DNA of 64,000 bases, filler included, from Blastocystis sp. subtype 4 (taxonomy: Eukaryota): NCBI RefSeq assembly GCF_000743755.1. It is 11 parts of 11 records of this genome, joined end to end, with 100 filler letters (N's around TTAATTAATTAA, not from the genome) between each part and the next. Parts side by side here need not be neighbours in the genome. Positions count along the whole stretch, not along the records: positions 12,451 to 18,520 come from NW_014569108.1; positions 18,621 to 24,665 come from NW_014569107.1; positions 24,766 to 30,780 come from NW_014569106.1; 8 more parts are not named here. The stretch is one strand, 5' to 3'. The notes under the pieces are model-generated. The model was not told the origin of the DNA. It did no database searches and saw only the letters and a list, made by a program, of their open reading frames with translations. Below, piece after piece: positions 13,621 through 25,031 of the stretch. Position 1 is the first letter of the stretch. Every line of letters begins with the position of its first letter. A program made the position numbers and the translations under genes.

Positions 13621-14751
13621 TTACAAAAAATTAAACCAATGTACCGGATTGTTCCAATCTGACTTGGTAACAAGTGATACCGTATTAAGAGTCTCGAGAT
13701 TCGATAAGAGAGAAGGGCAACTACAAGTACGTAGAATGGGCTTCTCTGAATAACTACTCTCAAGTGAGATATCGATTGGAGTTTCGCCTCGAGAGGCTTC
13801 ACGAACGAATCGTGTCTCCATATCCATCAGTTCTTTCTCCCAGCCCAACAGGGAACACAACTCTTTCACTCCATTATCACACTCGCCAATATAAGCAACA
13901 TCTCGGTATGAGGAACTCATCTCGCAGAATCGAAAAGGACCCACCAGTTCACGATTGATCAGCAAACGTGGTGTATGGTCCTGGACCTCCTCCACAAGAT
14001 TGGCAACAGGTTCAACCGATAACGATGTCCCTAAAACGATCAATAAATCACAGTTTGCCATATCCTCTCGATGGTACCATGTGTAGCGCAAAGGAAGAGG
14101 TTCTCCAAAGAACACAATTCCGGGTTTGATCAAGCCTCCACATGAGCATCGGGGAAGTTTTCCTACTCGTTAGTAGTATCACCAAAACAAACCATCTTGA
14201 ATACATGAAGTCATGTAGTCCATGCTAGAAATTGTCTTACAATCCACACAACCACAAGAATTCATATCACCATGAGTCTGTATTACCAGATCATCATTTA
14301 TTCCAGCAACCCTTTCCAGATTATCAATGTTCTGTGTATAGACTCGAAGTAAAAGCCCTTTCTCCTGAAGGAGACGAATAAAGGCATGGGTGTAAGTTGG
14401 GATAAATGTTTCGTATCTGGTTTTCTACACATCAAAAGAAGAAAATAATCTAACCATAAAGAAAGCATAATACTTCTCAGGGAAATTACGGAAGTACTGT
14501 AAATCAAATAGGGATTCGGGTTCAGGGAGTTCAAATTCCTCCAAATTAAAATACAGTCCACTTCCAGGCGTCCGAAAATCAGGAATCCCTGCAGATACAG
14601 AAATCCCTGCACCAGAAACAACACATATCTTTTTGATTCTACCGTCGTGAATTGCATGAGCTATTCCTTCGAGTGATACATCCTTGTGGAGAATGGTTTC
14701 TCCCTCCATCAAATCCTCCTTTTCAAATACGGAGGATTCCGACTGACCCAT
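13621..14751 (-). CDS. NAD-dependent deacetylase, SIR2 family (SIRT2/Hst2-like)
   Basis: GAGISVSAGIPDFRTPGSGLY, YTQNIDNLE, HGDM, IKPGIVFFGE, GTSLSVEP, PRLLINRE. Confidence 0.93.
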
Positions 14752-14851
14752 TGCTGAGTTCAATTACGCAGTAGTTGTACACGAGAATACTGAGTCATCT
14801 GCTACGTAATCCTTGGTTATCAAGAACCACTATCACTATAACAAACAATCG

Positions 14852-16104
14852 ACCAAAACTTCGCAGGAATCCACTTATCAATCACCTTTTCATCATCTAG
14901 AATATAATATTCTGGATGTTGAGCCGCTGTCATGCACGAATGGTTTGGATATACCATTAACACTGTTCCTAGAGGATACTTGGAATAATCAATTGGAGTA
15001 TCCGAAGTGAGGATTCCATGTTCCTGGCTAATTCTATTGATTATAACCATCATATGACTTCACTTTAACATATATAACTCCGGATGTTTGTAAACACTTC
15101 CCCAATTCGATAAACCACTCTTGTCCTTACTAAGAGGAATACCACCCCCATCTGTAAGAATGGTGTTACGAGTAGGATAATGCGAGAGTACTCGACAGAG
15201 AAGACGACCTGCATTATCTTCTACAGATCCACAACTACCGATAGACACTTGTGTCCTAGAGATCAATCAATATGACAGTTCTTACCTATCAAAACAACAG
15301 TAATTGCCTGCATGTATCTCGGTAATACCCTCCCAGTCCTCATTCAATGAACAGGCTGGCGTAGAACCACAGGACACAACTTCTACACCAATTCCAGCCT
15401 CCTCGAGCGCACGACGGACACGTACCATTGCATCTCGTTCTTCACATGCCACCTTACGAACATCCTCCTTCGTTGACTGATCATATGAATGACCAGCATG
15501 ACTGTAGAGACCGAGGAAAGAACATGTAGAACTCTTCTGAATATATCTTGCCAATTCAGTGATGGTATTTAATCGTTCAGCTTCGATTCCAGCACGATGA
15601 TAACCAGTATCCACCTTGATGAATACGTTATAATGGCCAGAAGTGGTATCCAATAGGTCTATATGTTCCTTCATATCCACCAACACATTCAAAGATGCCA
15701 ACTTGTGAGAATACTCTTCCAACTCCTTCAATTGATGTGTTCCAAAAGGAATTCCAAGTCTACATACCATGAAGATATAGAAATATACGTAATATCCTGA
15801 AATCCATTATCAGCAAAGAATTTCAGTTCAGCCATAGTACTAACAATAATAGCTTGCTTTTCCAGACCCTCCAACTGGATTCTAGCACCTTCAACAGTTT
15901 TATGTGTCTACACATGCAAGAAGTCTGATACATCCAACTTTTACATGAACTCTTAGGCCCAATCCAAGTCTCTTTGCTGTATCCACCATCTTTTTACAGT
16001 TCCGCTTAACAAATGATGATGTTATCAATGTCACCTACCGTGAACACCTTCAAGTCCAAGGCATATGCTGGAGTGGATACATCTTGAATGGAGTATGAAT
16101 TCAT
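14852..16104 (-). CDS. DSD1: PLP-dependent D-serine dehydratase / D-threonine aldolase family (alanine-racemase fold)
   Basis: STPAY, RVHVKTHKT (PLP lysine, across an intron), IKVDTGYHRAG, YSHAGHSY, GSTP, EIHAGNY, YPNHSCMT. Ends WIPAKFW with an inferred polyA-made stop. Confidence 0.9.
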
Positions 16105-16145
16105 CTAGTATTACTATTCAGAAGGTAATTGTGTTCTTATTTAAT

Positions 16146-16586
16146 ATGGCTTATTGCCCATCTGTATTTTCTCCTCATAGTGAGAATAATGTTGAGTCGT
16201 TTATGAATATAACTGATGAGTATGATCCTGAGTATGAATTGATATGGTTCATTCTATCCAGAAAGCCAAATTCTTACCTCTTATATTGTGAAAAAAGAGA
16301 AAAAGAAGAAGAGGAAGCACAGCGAGTCTTCATGGTGAAACAACAACTAGAAGAAGTAAGTGTCTTAGTCGACTAAACGACTATAGAGTGAACAGCACAT
16401 GATCGAAGAACGAAAGAAACTTGAACGCGACATTCGTGAAGGAAAGATTTTCAATGGAATTCAACAAATGGGAAGAGGTCGTGGGGCAGCTATGACTCTT
16501 CCAGCATGGATGACGGAGGTATTTGTTTTGAAGCTTGTCGACAGTAGGGTGTTGCACCGAAAGATAGTCCTTTTACAACACAGTAG
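16146..16586 (+). CDS. Small protein with an SPF45/RBM17-like DEYDPxKPNSY motif and a GRGRG...LPAWM motif
   Basis: Spliced translation of ORFs 16065-16376 and 16399-16647; TAG at 16584-16586. Confidence 0.55.
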
Positions 16587-16643
16587 TCTGATAGAACAAA
16601 ACAGAATAACACTAATGTACATTATTGACTCTGTTTGGTGGTA

Positions 16644-18263
16644 TTAAGCAACAAATCCATTCCTGGGACTGGGTCTACGATCATTCCCTGTTGGTACTCT
16701 GCTTCCAATAATGCATACAAGAGATTTGGGTTCTGTTGAAGTAGTAACTGGGATTGAATAGGATTCTTTTGTGAAATAGAGTACAAGTGTTTGATTAATT
16801 CCTGTAAATCGTTGTCACTGATCTGTTTTAGATATGTCGCTGCCTAGAATTAACTCCAGTCTGCAAATCAACATCTTCATCTGTATTCAGTAACAATGAC
16901 GATAAAGGAGTGGCAAACAACTTTTGTCCTCGAAATGTCTCTCGTTTGCAGAACTGTACTGCTTGTTTACACTCCTCAGGATTTGAAAACTCAACAAAAG
17001 CATATCCGTTATTCATTGTACCATCAGCAGTCTTTGACATACTATTCATCACAAATTAAACCATCTCAATACTGCAGAGACACTAAATGACCACATGGAA
17101 GAAAAAAAGAAACTAGATCCTTTTCTCCGTTGATGTACGGTATTTCTCCTACTAACTATAATGATGATGTTTCAGGGTTACAGTAAAGGGTATTATCTCG
17201 TTTGAAGTTCATAACAAACAACAAGAGATCTAATTTTGTTGTAACAGTTCTTCACGTGCCTTTGAGCATTGGGGACACTAATGACAATACTGATTATAAT
17301 CATTACTCTTGAAATAATGTCCTCAAGATGGGTAATGAATTCGAGAGATTGGTTATAACTGGGTTCTAATTTGTTCAGGTACTCTGTTAATTCTGTAAAC
17401 TCGTGTTGGAGATTCTTTAATTCGTGTTCCCTATCAATCCTCTCCTTTTCCATCTGAACGAAAAGTGGATGCATTCTAACTGCCTCTTCTTCCTGTATAT
17501 TCGGTTTATCGGTTTCAGATTGATCTAAAACTCATCCCTTCATCCCTTTAAAACCTTTCAAAGTCTGACTATTGGATTGTTTCTGACTTTCTTTCAATGC
17601 GGCATTCTCCTCTATTCTAAGATACCTCCTCAGTCCTCACTTCTTAAGTCATCCATCTCAGCAAGCAGTTTAGATTCATCATAACTTTCAAGCATTCGGT
17701 GCTACAACATCAACTGTGCAATCGGGAGTTACCAACTTGCTATTGACCTCATCTATTTGCCTCTTGAACTCCTCCCTAATGATCACTGTATGTTGGCTTC
17801 AATACCTCTTGGCCCTATATGATTCTGTTTCCTCCTACAGGGAATACATATCAACAATCCTACATCAAGTCTTCGTTCCAGCACTCTCAGTTCTGTCATA
17901 CGTTTCTCCATGTCGCGTTTCATCGATCTGACTCATAGAAATCACCCAATCCTACTCATTGGAGTGATCTTTCAAAGAACAACTTTCTGTAAGAGAGCCA
18001 ATTTTCTCACACAAACGCATTTTCTCTTCTACAAGAATGGTCACTTCTCGTTTCACTAATCACTCAATCATCACAACAGATACTACGACTGTCTAGCTCG
18101 CTCATTGTCTTTTTATGTTTCTCAATCTCTGTTGTACACTCCATCTGTTTCAGTCGGTAGTTCTTCTTTTCATTTCACATCATTCTTCTACCTCTTCGAG
18201 TTTTGCGATTTTCGATAACAGGTCTCGGATTTCTTCTGACGATAGTGATCCTCCTCCAGACAT
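16644..18263 (-). CDS. Coiled-coil protein with a C-terminal RRM
   Basis: ATG at 18263; long E/K/L-rich helical exons; RNP1 NGYAFVEF. Confidence 0.65.
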
Positions 18264-18520
18264 TTGTATTCTCTAACAATCATGATGGTGGAGGGAAAAC
18301 AACCCTCCATTGAAACAATGAGAAATCACCATTCCATTTGAGTTATTGCAATATCTAGTACCAACAATGAACAACACTCAATCATTAACGTCCTGTTATG
18401 TTTGAGAGTTACGAATATCGTGATGAGATTGATATAGGATTGTTTGTTGAAATGAATTCTCATTGAGAAGAGGGTTATTGTTATTGTTTTGGTTTCATTT
18501 CAATCTCCATAATCAATATG

Positions 18521-18620
18521 NNNNNNNNNNNNNNNNNNNNNNNNNNNNNNNNNNNNNNNNNNNNTTAATTAATTAANNNNNNNNNNNNNNNNNNNNNNNN
18601 NNNNNNNNNNNNNNNNNNNN
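18521..18620. other. Artificial contig spacer
   Basis: N44-TTAATTAATTAA-N44. Confidence 0.99.
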
Positions 18621-18708
18621 AATCGATACCAATCACATTTCCAAGACTCTCGTCCTCAGCCAAAGCAACGGCTGCAAGAGCAATTAAAGCAATCACAATC
18701 TTTCGCAT
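18621..18708 (-). CDS. HSPA5: ER luminal HSP70 (BiP/GRP78), 5' fragment
   Basis: Signal peptide MRKIVIALIALAAVALA followed by EDESLGNVIGID, the start of the HSP70 GIDLGT motif. Confidence 0.8.
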
Positions 18709-19129
18709 TTTTCAATTCAATTCAATAGATGAAAGAAAATCTGATTTGATAAACAACATCATCGAACATGACCCAATTAGTACTCAAATTCTACTTGAAT
18801 TGGACCCTATTTGGGTTGAAACAACCTCTTTGAATAATAGAATTAGGCGCATTTTTAATAATGGGTCTAGAATGGTCATTTGTCTTTCCCTTTCTAGAAA
18901 GGTAATTCTACGAATAACACTCAAATATTGAAATATTCGCTAGCGTTGTTTGTATTTGGTAGCTCTAGGATGATCTCAACTCTTTAGTATCCCAAATACT
19001 TCATTGGATAATCCGTATAGAGGATATAACTATCGTCTTCCATGTGGAAGGATAAAGAAATGATTCTTGTTCAGTGGTCTATTGATAATCATAAGGCCGA
19101 ATCTTTTCTTAGTAATTGTTATTATTTAG

Positions 19130-19756
19130 ATGAAGTGTTACTATTATACTCAGGAGTTTGATATTGATTTGGATCCGGGCGTTGGAGTAGAGAAGCTGAT
19201 TGATACAATTGCTCAGCAACTACAGAAGCCCAAAGATACTATTATTGTTTGCAATGAGAAGAACAGTTATGTTACATCTGAAAATATTACTGATCTTAGC
19301 TCAGATTCGCCAATTGTCATTTATGATGCCGGTCGCGGCCTTAGTAGTGGAATGAACAAGGAGGGAATGTGTACAAATCCAAAGTGTACTTATTTCAATC
19401 GATATGTTGTGGAGAATGTTGGCTTTCCTTCTAGTGAACGTGTGCGTCATGAATGTACATTCTGTTGTCCCTATTGTGGTGCTGAGATAGAAGTAACGTC
19501 GGTGATCATGAAGGATTGTCATTACTACTTCTACACGATTTCTGGCCACAGTTCTCCCAAGGCAACCAATGTGATTCATGTATCTTCGCTAAAACCCATT
19601 ATCTACGATATCTCGACTCTGTCGAATACAGAAGAATATGATTTTGATGTACAAAAGCAGAATGAATATGTCTGTACGATATGTAACAAGTTGATTACCG
19701 AAGATATGGATTGTGAGCGTGTTCGAAGAAAGTCTCATTGTGAGTCTTGCGGCTAA
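19130..19756 (+). CDS. Cys-rich hypothetical protein with a possible ubiquitin-like N-terminus
   Basis: Intronless 208-aa ORF with GMNKEGMCTNPKC, CPYCG and CTIC...HCESC; TGTTTGCA just downstream. Confidence 0.65.
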   Translation: MKCYYYTQEFDIDLDPGVGVEKLIDTIAQQLQKPKDTIIVCNEKNSYVTSENITDLSSDSPIVIYDAGRGLSSGMNKEGMCTNPKCTYFNRYVVENVGFPSSERVRHECTFCCPYCGAEIEVTSVIMKDCHYYFYTISGHSSPKATNVIHVSSLKPIIYDISTLSNTEEYDFDVQKQNEYVCTICNKLITEDMDCERVRRKSHCESCG

Positions 19757-19795
19757 TAATCTGTTTGCAGCTGTTTGAATTCCACAAACACGATC

Positions 19796-21422
19796 TTATA
19801 TGGTATATTTCAAAAGATTCACATCATAGTACAACTGAAGAAGGACGTCATGCAAACACTCGACGCACACCAGAAAGTTGGCAAAGTGGACTTTCTTCCA
19901 ACACTGCTGATAAACGGGTGGATTCAGAGTATCGTCAATACTAGGACATTCGGGAGGGAGAGGATAGGAAAAGTTGTTCATAGGTCTGTACAAGAGTTGA
20001 GCCTGATTTGATAAAAGATTGTACCAATTATCACGGAAATTGGGAGGCCGAAGCTCAATATAAGCAGAATGAGGAAGAAGGAACATGATTGTCGCCACAG
20101 CAGCACCATGGACGGAGAGAAGAATGTCAGTTTGCATTGTGTACAGAACCTGTTCCTTCATTGAAAACTTGTGGATTTGTAGGGAACGATACGAAAACAG
20201 ATTGGCTTCATCCTTGATCATGGTCTCCATTGCAGCCACATTCAGAAGATTACGGCCATCACGGAACTTTCCTCTGGGAAGATAAAGAACTGATAGTTTA
20301 GATGAAGAACGGTTATAACAGTCTTCAGGATGCAAGTCATACATCTTGTATACAGCAGCTCGAAATGAATCTGCTTCATAAGGACGAGGATAGTATCCCC
20401 CCATACCTTGATGTCCTACATGTCCACTCATACCCTACATATTAATGGGCCTCCTTACACATACAAGAGAGTCAAAACAAAGACGTTTCTTTCCTCCTGC
20501 TAATTTCATCATATCTTCCTTAGTATGGATGATGATCGCATTCGCATCATCGGGATGGGTCAATGCTAATGCACGAAGGACTTCTTTTGTCCAACTAATT
20601 TCTCTTGACGATACAAACAGAGGTAGGAACACGTCGCGCATCTATAATCAACAGATCCTAGTAGAATTACAGGAGGTAAATCATTCATGGAATGGAGATG
20701 GTGATTGATGATAATGGCATTCTGAGCAAAGTGAGAAGTATGTTTTAACCAACCAGGAATGATCATCCAACTGCCATTCCCTCTAAAGACTGGATAGTCG
20801 GAATTATTCACCGGAAAAGGAAAATCCGAATAGCGGAATCCCCATCGATACTGAAACTGCGGAAGTCGATTTGATAGAGGATGTGGGTCTCCAGGTGCAG
20901 CGAATACATCAATCATTGCTGTTCCGAAGTTGAAACACATGTGAGTACCATACGCCCAAGAAACTCCTCCATGATTGTTGACAGAATGATGAGTATAAGG
21001 AGTTCTACACTAAAGCCATTGCAAAAAATGTACGGATCTGACACTGCAACTTTTGCAGCCAAGGGTGGTAGTTCATCATGGTAATTGTCACTGTAACACT
21101 TCTGAACACGATAAAATTGATCTTTCCATGACGGTAAATAAAAGAGTAAAGGGTCTGAATAGCAGTTATTGTTGGAATAGACTGGATCCGAGAAATTCGT
21201 TAATCGAAATAGAGCAACAGATTCACTTCTAGACGCTGGTTTACACAAGTTTCCGTCATCATTTCCCAGTTCAACTTGAAAACTAGAGGATCGATTACTC
21301 AATCTACGATCAACTGAATATCAACGTGAATACAAAGAATATGATGCATGAAGTAAGTTTATCTGAACAGACAGAAAGACCCAGCCAATAATGAGTCCGA
21401 GTAGAAATGACAGATATTTCAT
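19796..21422 (-). CDS. Glycosyltransferase family 61
   Basis: N-terminal signal anchor; SHFAQN; EQVLYTMQTDILLSVHGAAVATIMFLLPHSAYIELRP is the GT61 signature. Confidence 0.85.
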
Positions 21423-21885
21423 GTTCAGACAAAACTAACTAGAATTCCCACTCTCTTCGAACTAGACAACGAAAACAAATGAATCATAACAAAAGACATG
21501 AGGTAATTCAATTCTGTAAGGGGAATCCGAGGGTTTCTTCCACAAATATCCCCTGGGTCTTTTTTTCTTGAATATGGCTTTACAGAGCACTATTTGTGGG
21601 GATTAATGGTTTATCTATTATCTCAACAGATATTGGGTTTTATCGCTTGTTTTCTTGAAACTATATGGCTTCTTTGTGAATAAATACACCTGACATTTCT
21701 ATTGAGTGTAGATTTTCATGCACTGAGATCTTAGTTGAATTCAGTATTCCAACAGATATGGTTAAAGTTGTTACACCTTAATTATCCAATCAGCATCAAG
21801 TGACATAATTCGGGAATTCCCGTGATAGGCCGTATTTGATTCGATGTACTCGAATGACCTATTAATAAAAGGACTACTTATACAC

Positions 21886-22379
21886 ATGGTTAAGTCTACT
21901 CAAGGTAATTCTGTGATCTGAATAGAACAATTAAAATGAATAGGGGCTTATTCTAACCAGTTGTTTAGCTGCTGCTGCTGCTAAGAAGGTTCAGCGTGTT
22001 CAGAAGAAGAGAATTGGTCAAATCCACACCAAAACGCACTTCTTCCGCCCTCACACTCTGGAGCTTGCTCGTAAGCCCAAGTATGAGCGTAAGTCTGTGG
22101 CCAAGGAGAACACCTGTTGTCACTGAATCTGCTATGAAGAAGATCGAGGTACAAATGTAAATAGAGCATCTAATCATGTAGTCTGAGAACATCCTCTCCT
22201 TCTTTGTCGATCTCCGTGCTAACAAGAAGCAGATCCGCAATGCCATCAACAAGCTCTACGGAGTGAAGTGCCAGAAGGTCAACACTGTGATCACTGCTCT
22301 CGGTTTCAAGAAGGCTTTTGTTCGTCTTTCTGGAGATTCGGAGGCTATGGACGTTGCTAACAAGATTGGTATCTTCTAA
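21886..22379 (+). pseudogene. RPL23A: 60S ribosomal protein L23a (uL23) with an internal frameshifting deletion (pseudogene or assembly error)
   Basis: HFFRPHTLELARKPKYERKS then PVVTESAMKKIE...KVNT...KKAFVRL...DVANKIGIF. About 8-9 conserved codons are missing at about 22112-22116, giving a premature TGA at 22124. Confidence 0.85.
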
Positions 22380-22486
22380 GCTTGGTGTTATAAATTTGTC
22401 CTTATTAGATTGTTTCTTGACTATTCTGGAGGCGATCACAAATACTGATTCCTTTCACCAAGTCGCGTCCTTAGCAACATCACTTA

Positions 22487-23454
22487 TTAAAAAACACGGA
22501 AAACAGCAACATTAAATGACTTGGCTGAACCTTTTTGTGAATACGGATGACGTCCTAAAGGAAGTGGATGAGAGATCTCCTTAATCTCTTTTCGTTTGGG
22601 TGCAATCATTTCTAACTTCCGACGCTCTTTAATTGAATATGCGAGAATAATAAGGATAATAATAACAATTACGCAAACAATGCAAACAATAATCCCCATC
22701 ATCCCATCCGCCGATACACACACTACAGATCAATTTACAGTTTCTCGAATACTAGAACGAGATGACACGTCAAGAAACAACGTCTTGTTTCCATCGGCAA
22801 TCACCATTTGATTGGTAGCTATTCATCAATATGATCTGTAGGACCTACTGAAGGTGAACTTCTTAATAGACACTCGGTTCAATGTCCACTCTGTAATATT
22901 AGGCAGGTGCGAGTCAGAACAAGTATAATTACTACGAATGATTCCACCGATCTAATCCAACTAGATGCTATAGTGATCCTCCTCATTCATTCCAGGACAC
23001 ATCGAGAGACCCATCTTTGTTAGAAAATATGTTCCGTTCATCAGTTCGTAAGTGAACATGGCGCCATCAACAGAACGGATAACATAAAACAATGACACAG
23101 TCATCAAAAGGGATTCTGATCTGCATCTTGGTGATGAAAATACTTCATATCGCTGCTCGAAGATTTCATTGGGCTTACTCTCGATCTTCAAAAACGTATA
23201 ACTGTGATTGACAGCTATGCTAGTTAACTGGATTCAGAATTACAAGACGATTCTTCATTAACACACAAGGCATACTCTCCACATCCTACAATAAATAGCG
23301 CAAATAACATCTTACGGATTGTCATTTCACTTGATAACGGTGGAGACATCATTTTGATATGCCATAATGTGTCCGGAGGTACAGTTCCTTCAGATCGCAT
23401 TGGATTCAGGGACTCTATAGTAGTCCAAAGCAGAAGATAAAGAAGAAAACACAT
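22487..23454 (-). CDS. Cys-rich single-pass membrane protein, tandem paralog A
   Basis: Signal peptide MCFLLYLLLW, TM GIIVCIVCVIVIIILIILAY, tail SHPLPLGRHPY. Confidence 0.65.
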
Positions 23455-23558
23455 TAAGATATCTTTCGGAACAAAGAAAATCGGTACTTATTTTGACATG
23501 CAATCAACCATTGACACAAGTTTTGGCTCACGTACATAGGTTCATGAACAAACAACAC

Positions 23559-24449
23559 ACATATTTATGGTATAGGGGTTCCGATTTAGGGGAATCGGAC
23601 TTGAAATGTACTTTACTGGCTTTTGACGAATCGGGATGACTTGTCGCTTGATCCACTCAGTACTAGACTTCAAATGTTGAATAAGATAATATATCATGAT
23701 AGAAAGAATAATACAAAAGAAAATACAAAAAACGATAATCAAAATCAGGTTGGTTATCCAAGACGAAGAACAACCTTCCTCACTTATCAAATCCATCTTC
23801 AACTCAGAGATATACTCAGATCGGTATGTCAATGTTGTAGTCACTATCCATCAAACTGCGATTCCAAGCATACTATAGGAAACAGAGGCTGAGAAGTTCC
23901 TGTCCAAAAGCATAGAATCAAAATAATTGCGAAGGTCGTCATAAGGAATGCAATCAGTACTGCAACTCACCATCAGCCAACAATCCTACGATAAAGGATA
24001 CGAGATTCCAATATCATATTTACAATCGGTACTGTTCAGATGATAGAGAAAAGAACCATGATCAAAACGATACGTAAAAGAAGAATGAGAATAATTGAAC
24101 AATGAAAACACCAGTTCATACGAAACTACTCGCGATGCATTCATACAATTTGCACCATCATACACGTCAATTGTCTGAGTATAATTACTGCAGTGACAAG
24201 TCACATAATCGAAAAACTGGAAGGAAAAAAGCAATGCTACAAATGATCACAATATCAAATAGTCACAATAGAGATGGTGATTCACGCAAGTTGAGTAAAT
24301 GCCGCAATCTACAATTAACCCAATCTTTAGAATATACGAATGTTGGTTATTGTGTCTGATGGTAGAACATCTCCAGCACTGATTACCTCTGAAGTAGATA
24401 ATGACAACAGACCCAAGAGAAGGCATACCAGGATCCCCACTCTGTACAT
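23559..24449 (-). CDS. Cys-rich single-pass membrane protein, tandem paralog B
   Basis: Signal peptide MYRVGILVCLLLGLLSL, TM LILIIVFCIFFCIILSIMIYY, tail SSPIPLNRNPY. Stop inferred from polyadenylation at 23559. Confidence 0.65.
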
Positions 24450-24665
24450 TAAAGAATACAGAACAGTGGAGAATGACTGCATAGACGAGTAAGCATGAAT
24501 CCTATTATGGGATGTTCGTTACGTAGTCCGACCGAAAATGCCCAATAACCCGAATTGTTGGTTTGTCACAATTGTGGTAAGTGTTGATTGTTTGATTGTG
24601 TATACCATGCTAACAGTTGCTTAGTGGTAATTCAAGACACTCAACGTGCAATGAAGACTCAGATG

Positions 24666-24765
24666 NNNNNNNNNNNNNNNNNNNNNNNNNNNNNNNNNNN
24701 NNNNNNNNNTTAATTAATTAANNNNNNNNNNNNNNNNNNNNNNNNNNNNNNNNNNNNNNNNNNNN
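24666..24765. other. Artificial contig spacer
   Basis: N44-TTAATTAATTAA-N44. Confidence 0.99.
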
Positions 24766-24901
24766 GAAGAGAAGACAATTGATGAATGAAAGGACAAAGG
24801 CTCGACGTACTCACTAGTGTCAATAATCTCATTAATGCGTTTGTTTGTTTGTGTAATGAAATGAATAGCTTAATAAGGGAATGAATGAAAGAAAGAATAG
24901 G

Positions 24902-24975
24902 TCTTCCATAGCTCAGTTGGTTAGAGCGTGCGGCTGTTAACCGCAAGGTCGACGGTTCAAGCCCGTCTGGGAGAG
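24902..24975 (+). tRNA. tRNA-Asn(GTT)
   Basis: Acceptor TCTTCCA/TGGGAGA, D arm GCTC/GAGC, anticodon arm TGCGG-CTGTTAA-CCGCA, T arm GACGG-TTCAAGC-CCGTC, followed by a T-run. Confidence 0.97.
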
Positions 24976-25031
24976 TTTCTTTTTCCCATTATCATTATTA
25001 GAATGCTTCATTTTCGCTAAACAAACACAAT

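Noticed and set aside
21905..21968. Intronic snoRNA in the RPL23A or RPL8 long introns
   Set aside because: No convincing C/D (RTGATGA...CTGA) or H/ACA arrangement visible.
21965..22439. - strand ORFs over RPL23A
   Set aside because: Antisense shadows of a codon-biased ribosomal protein gene.
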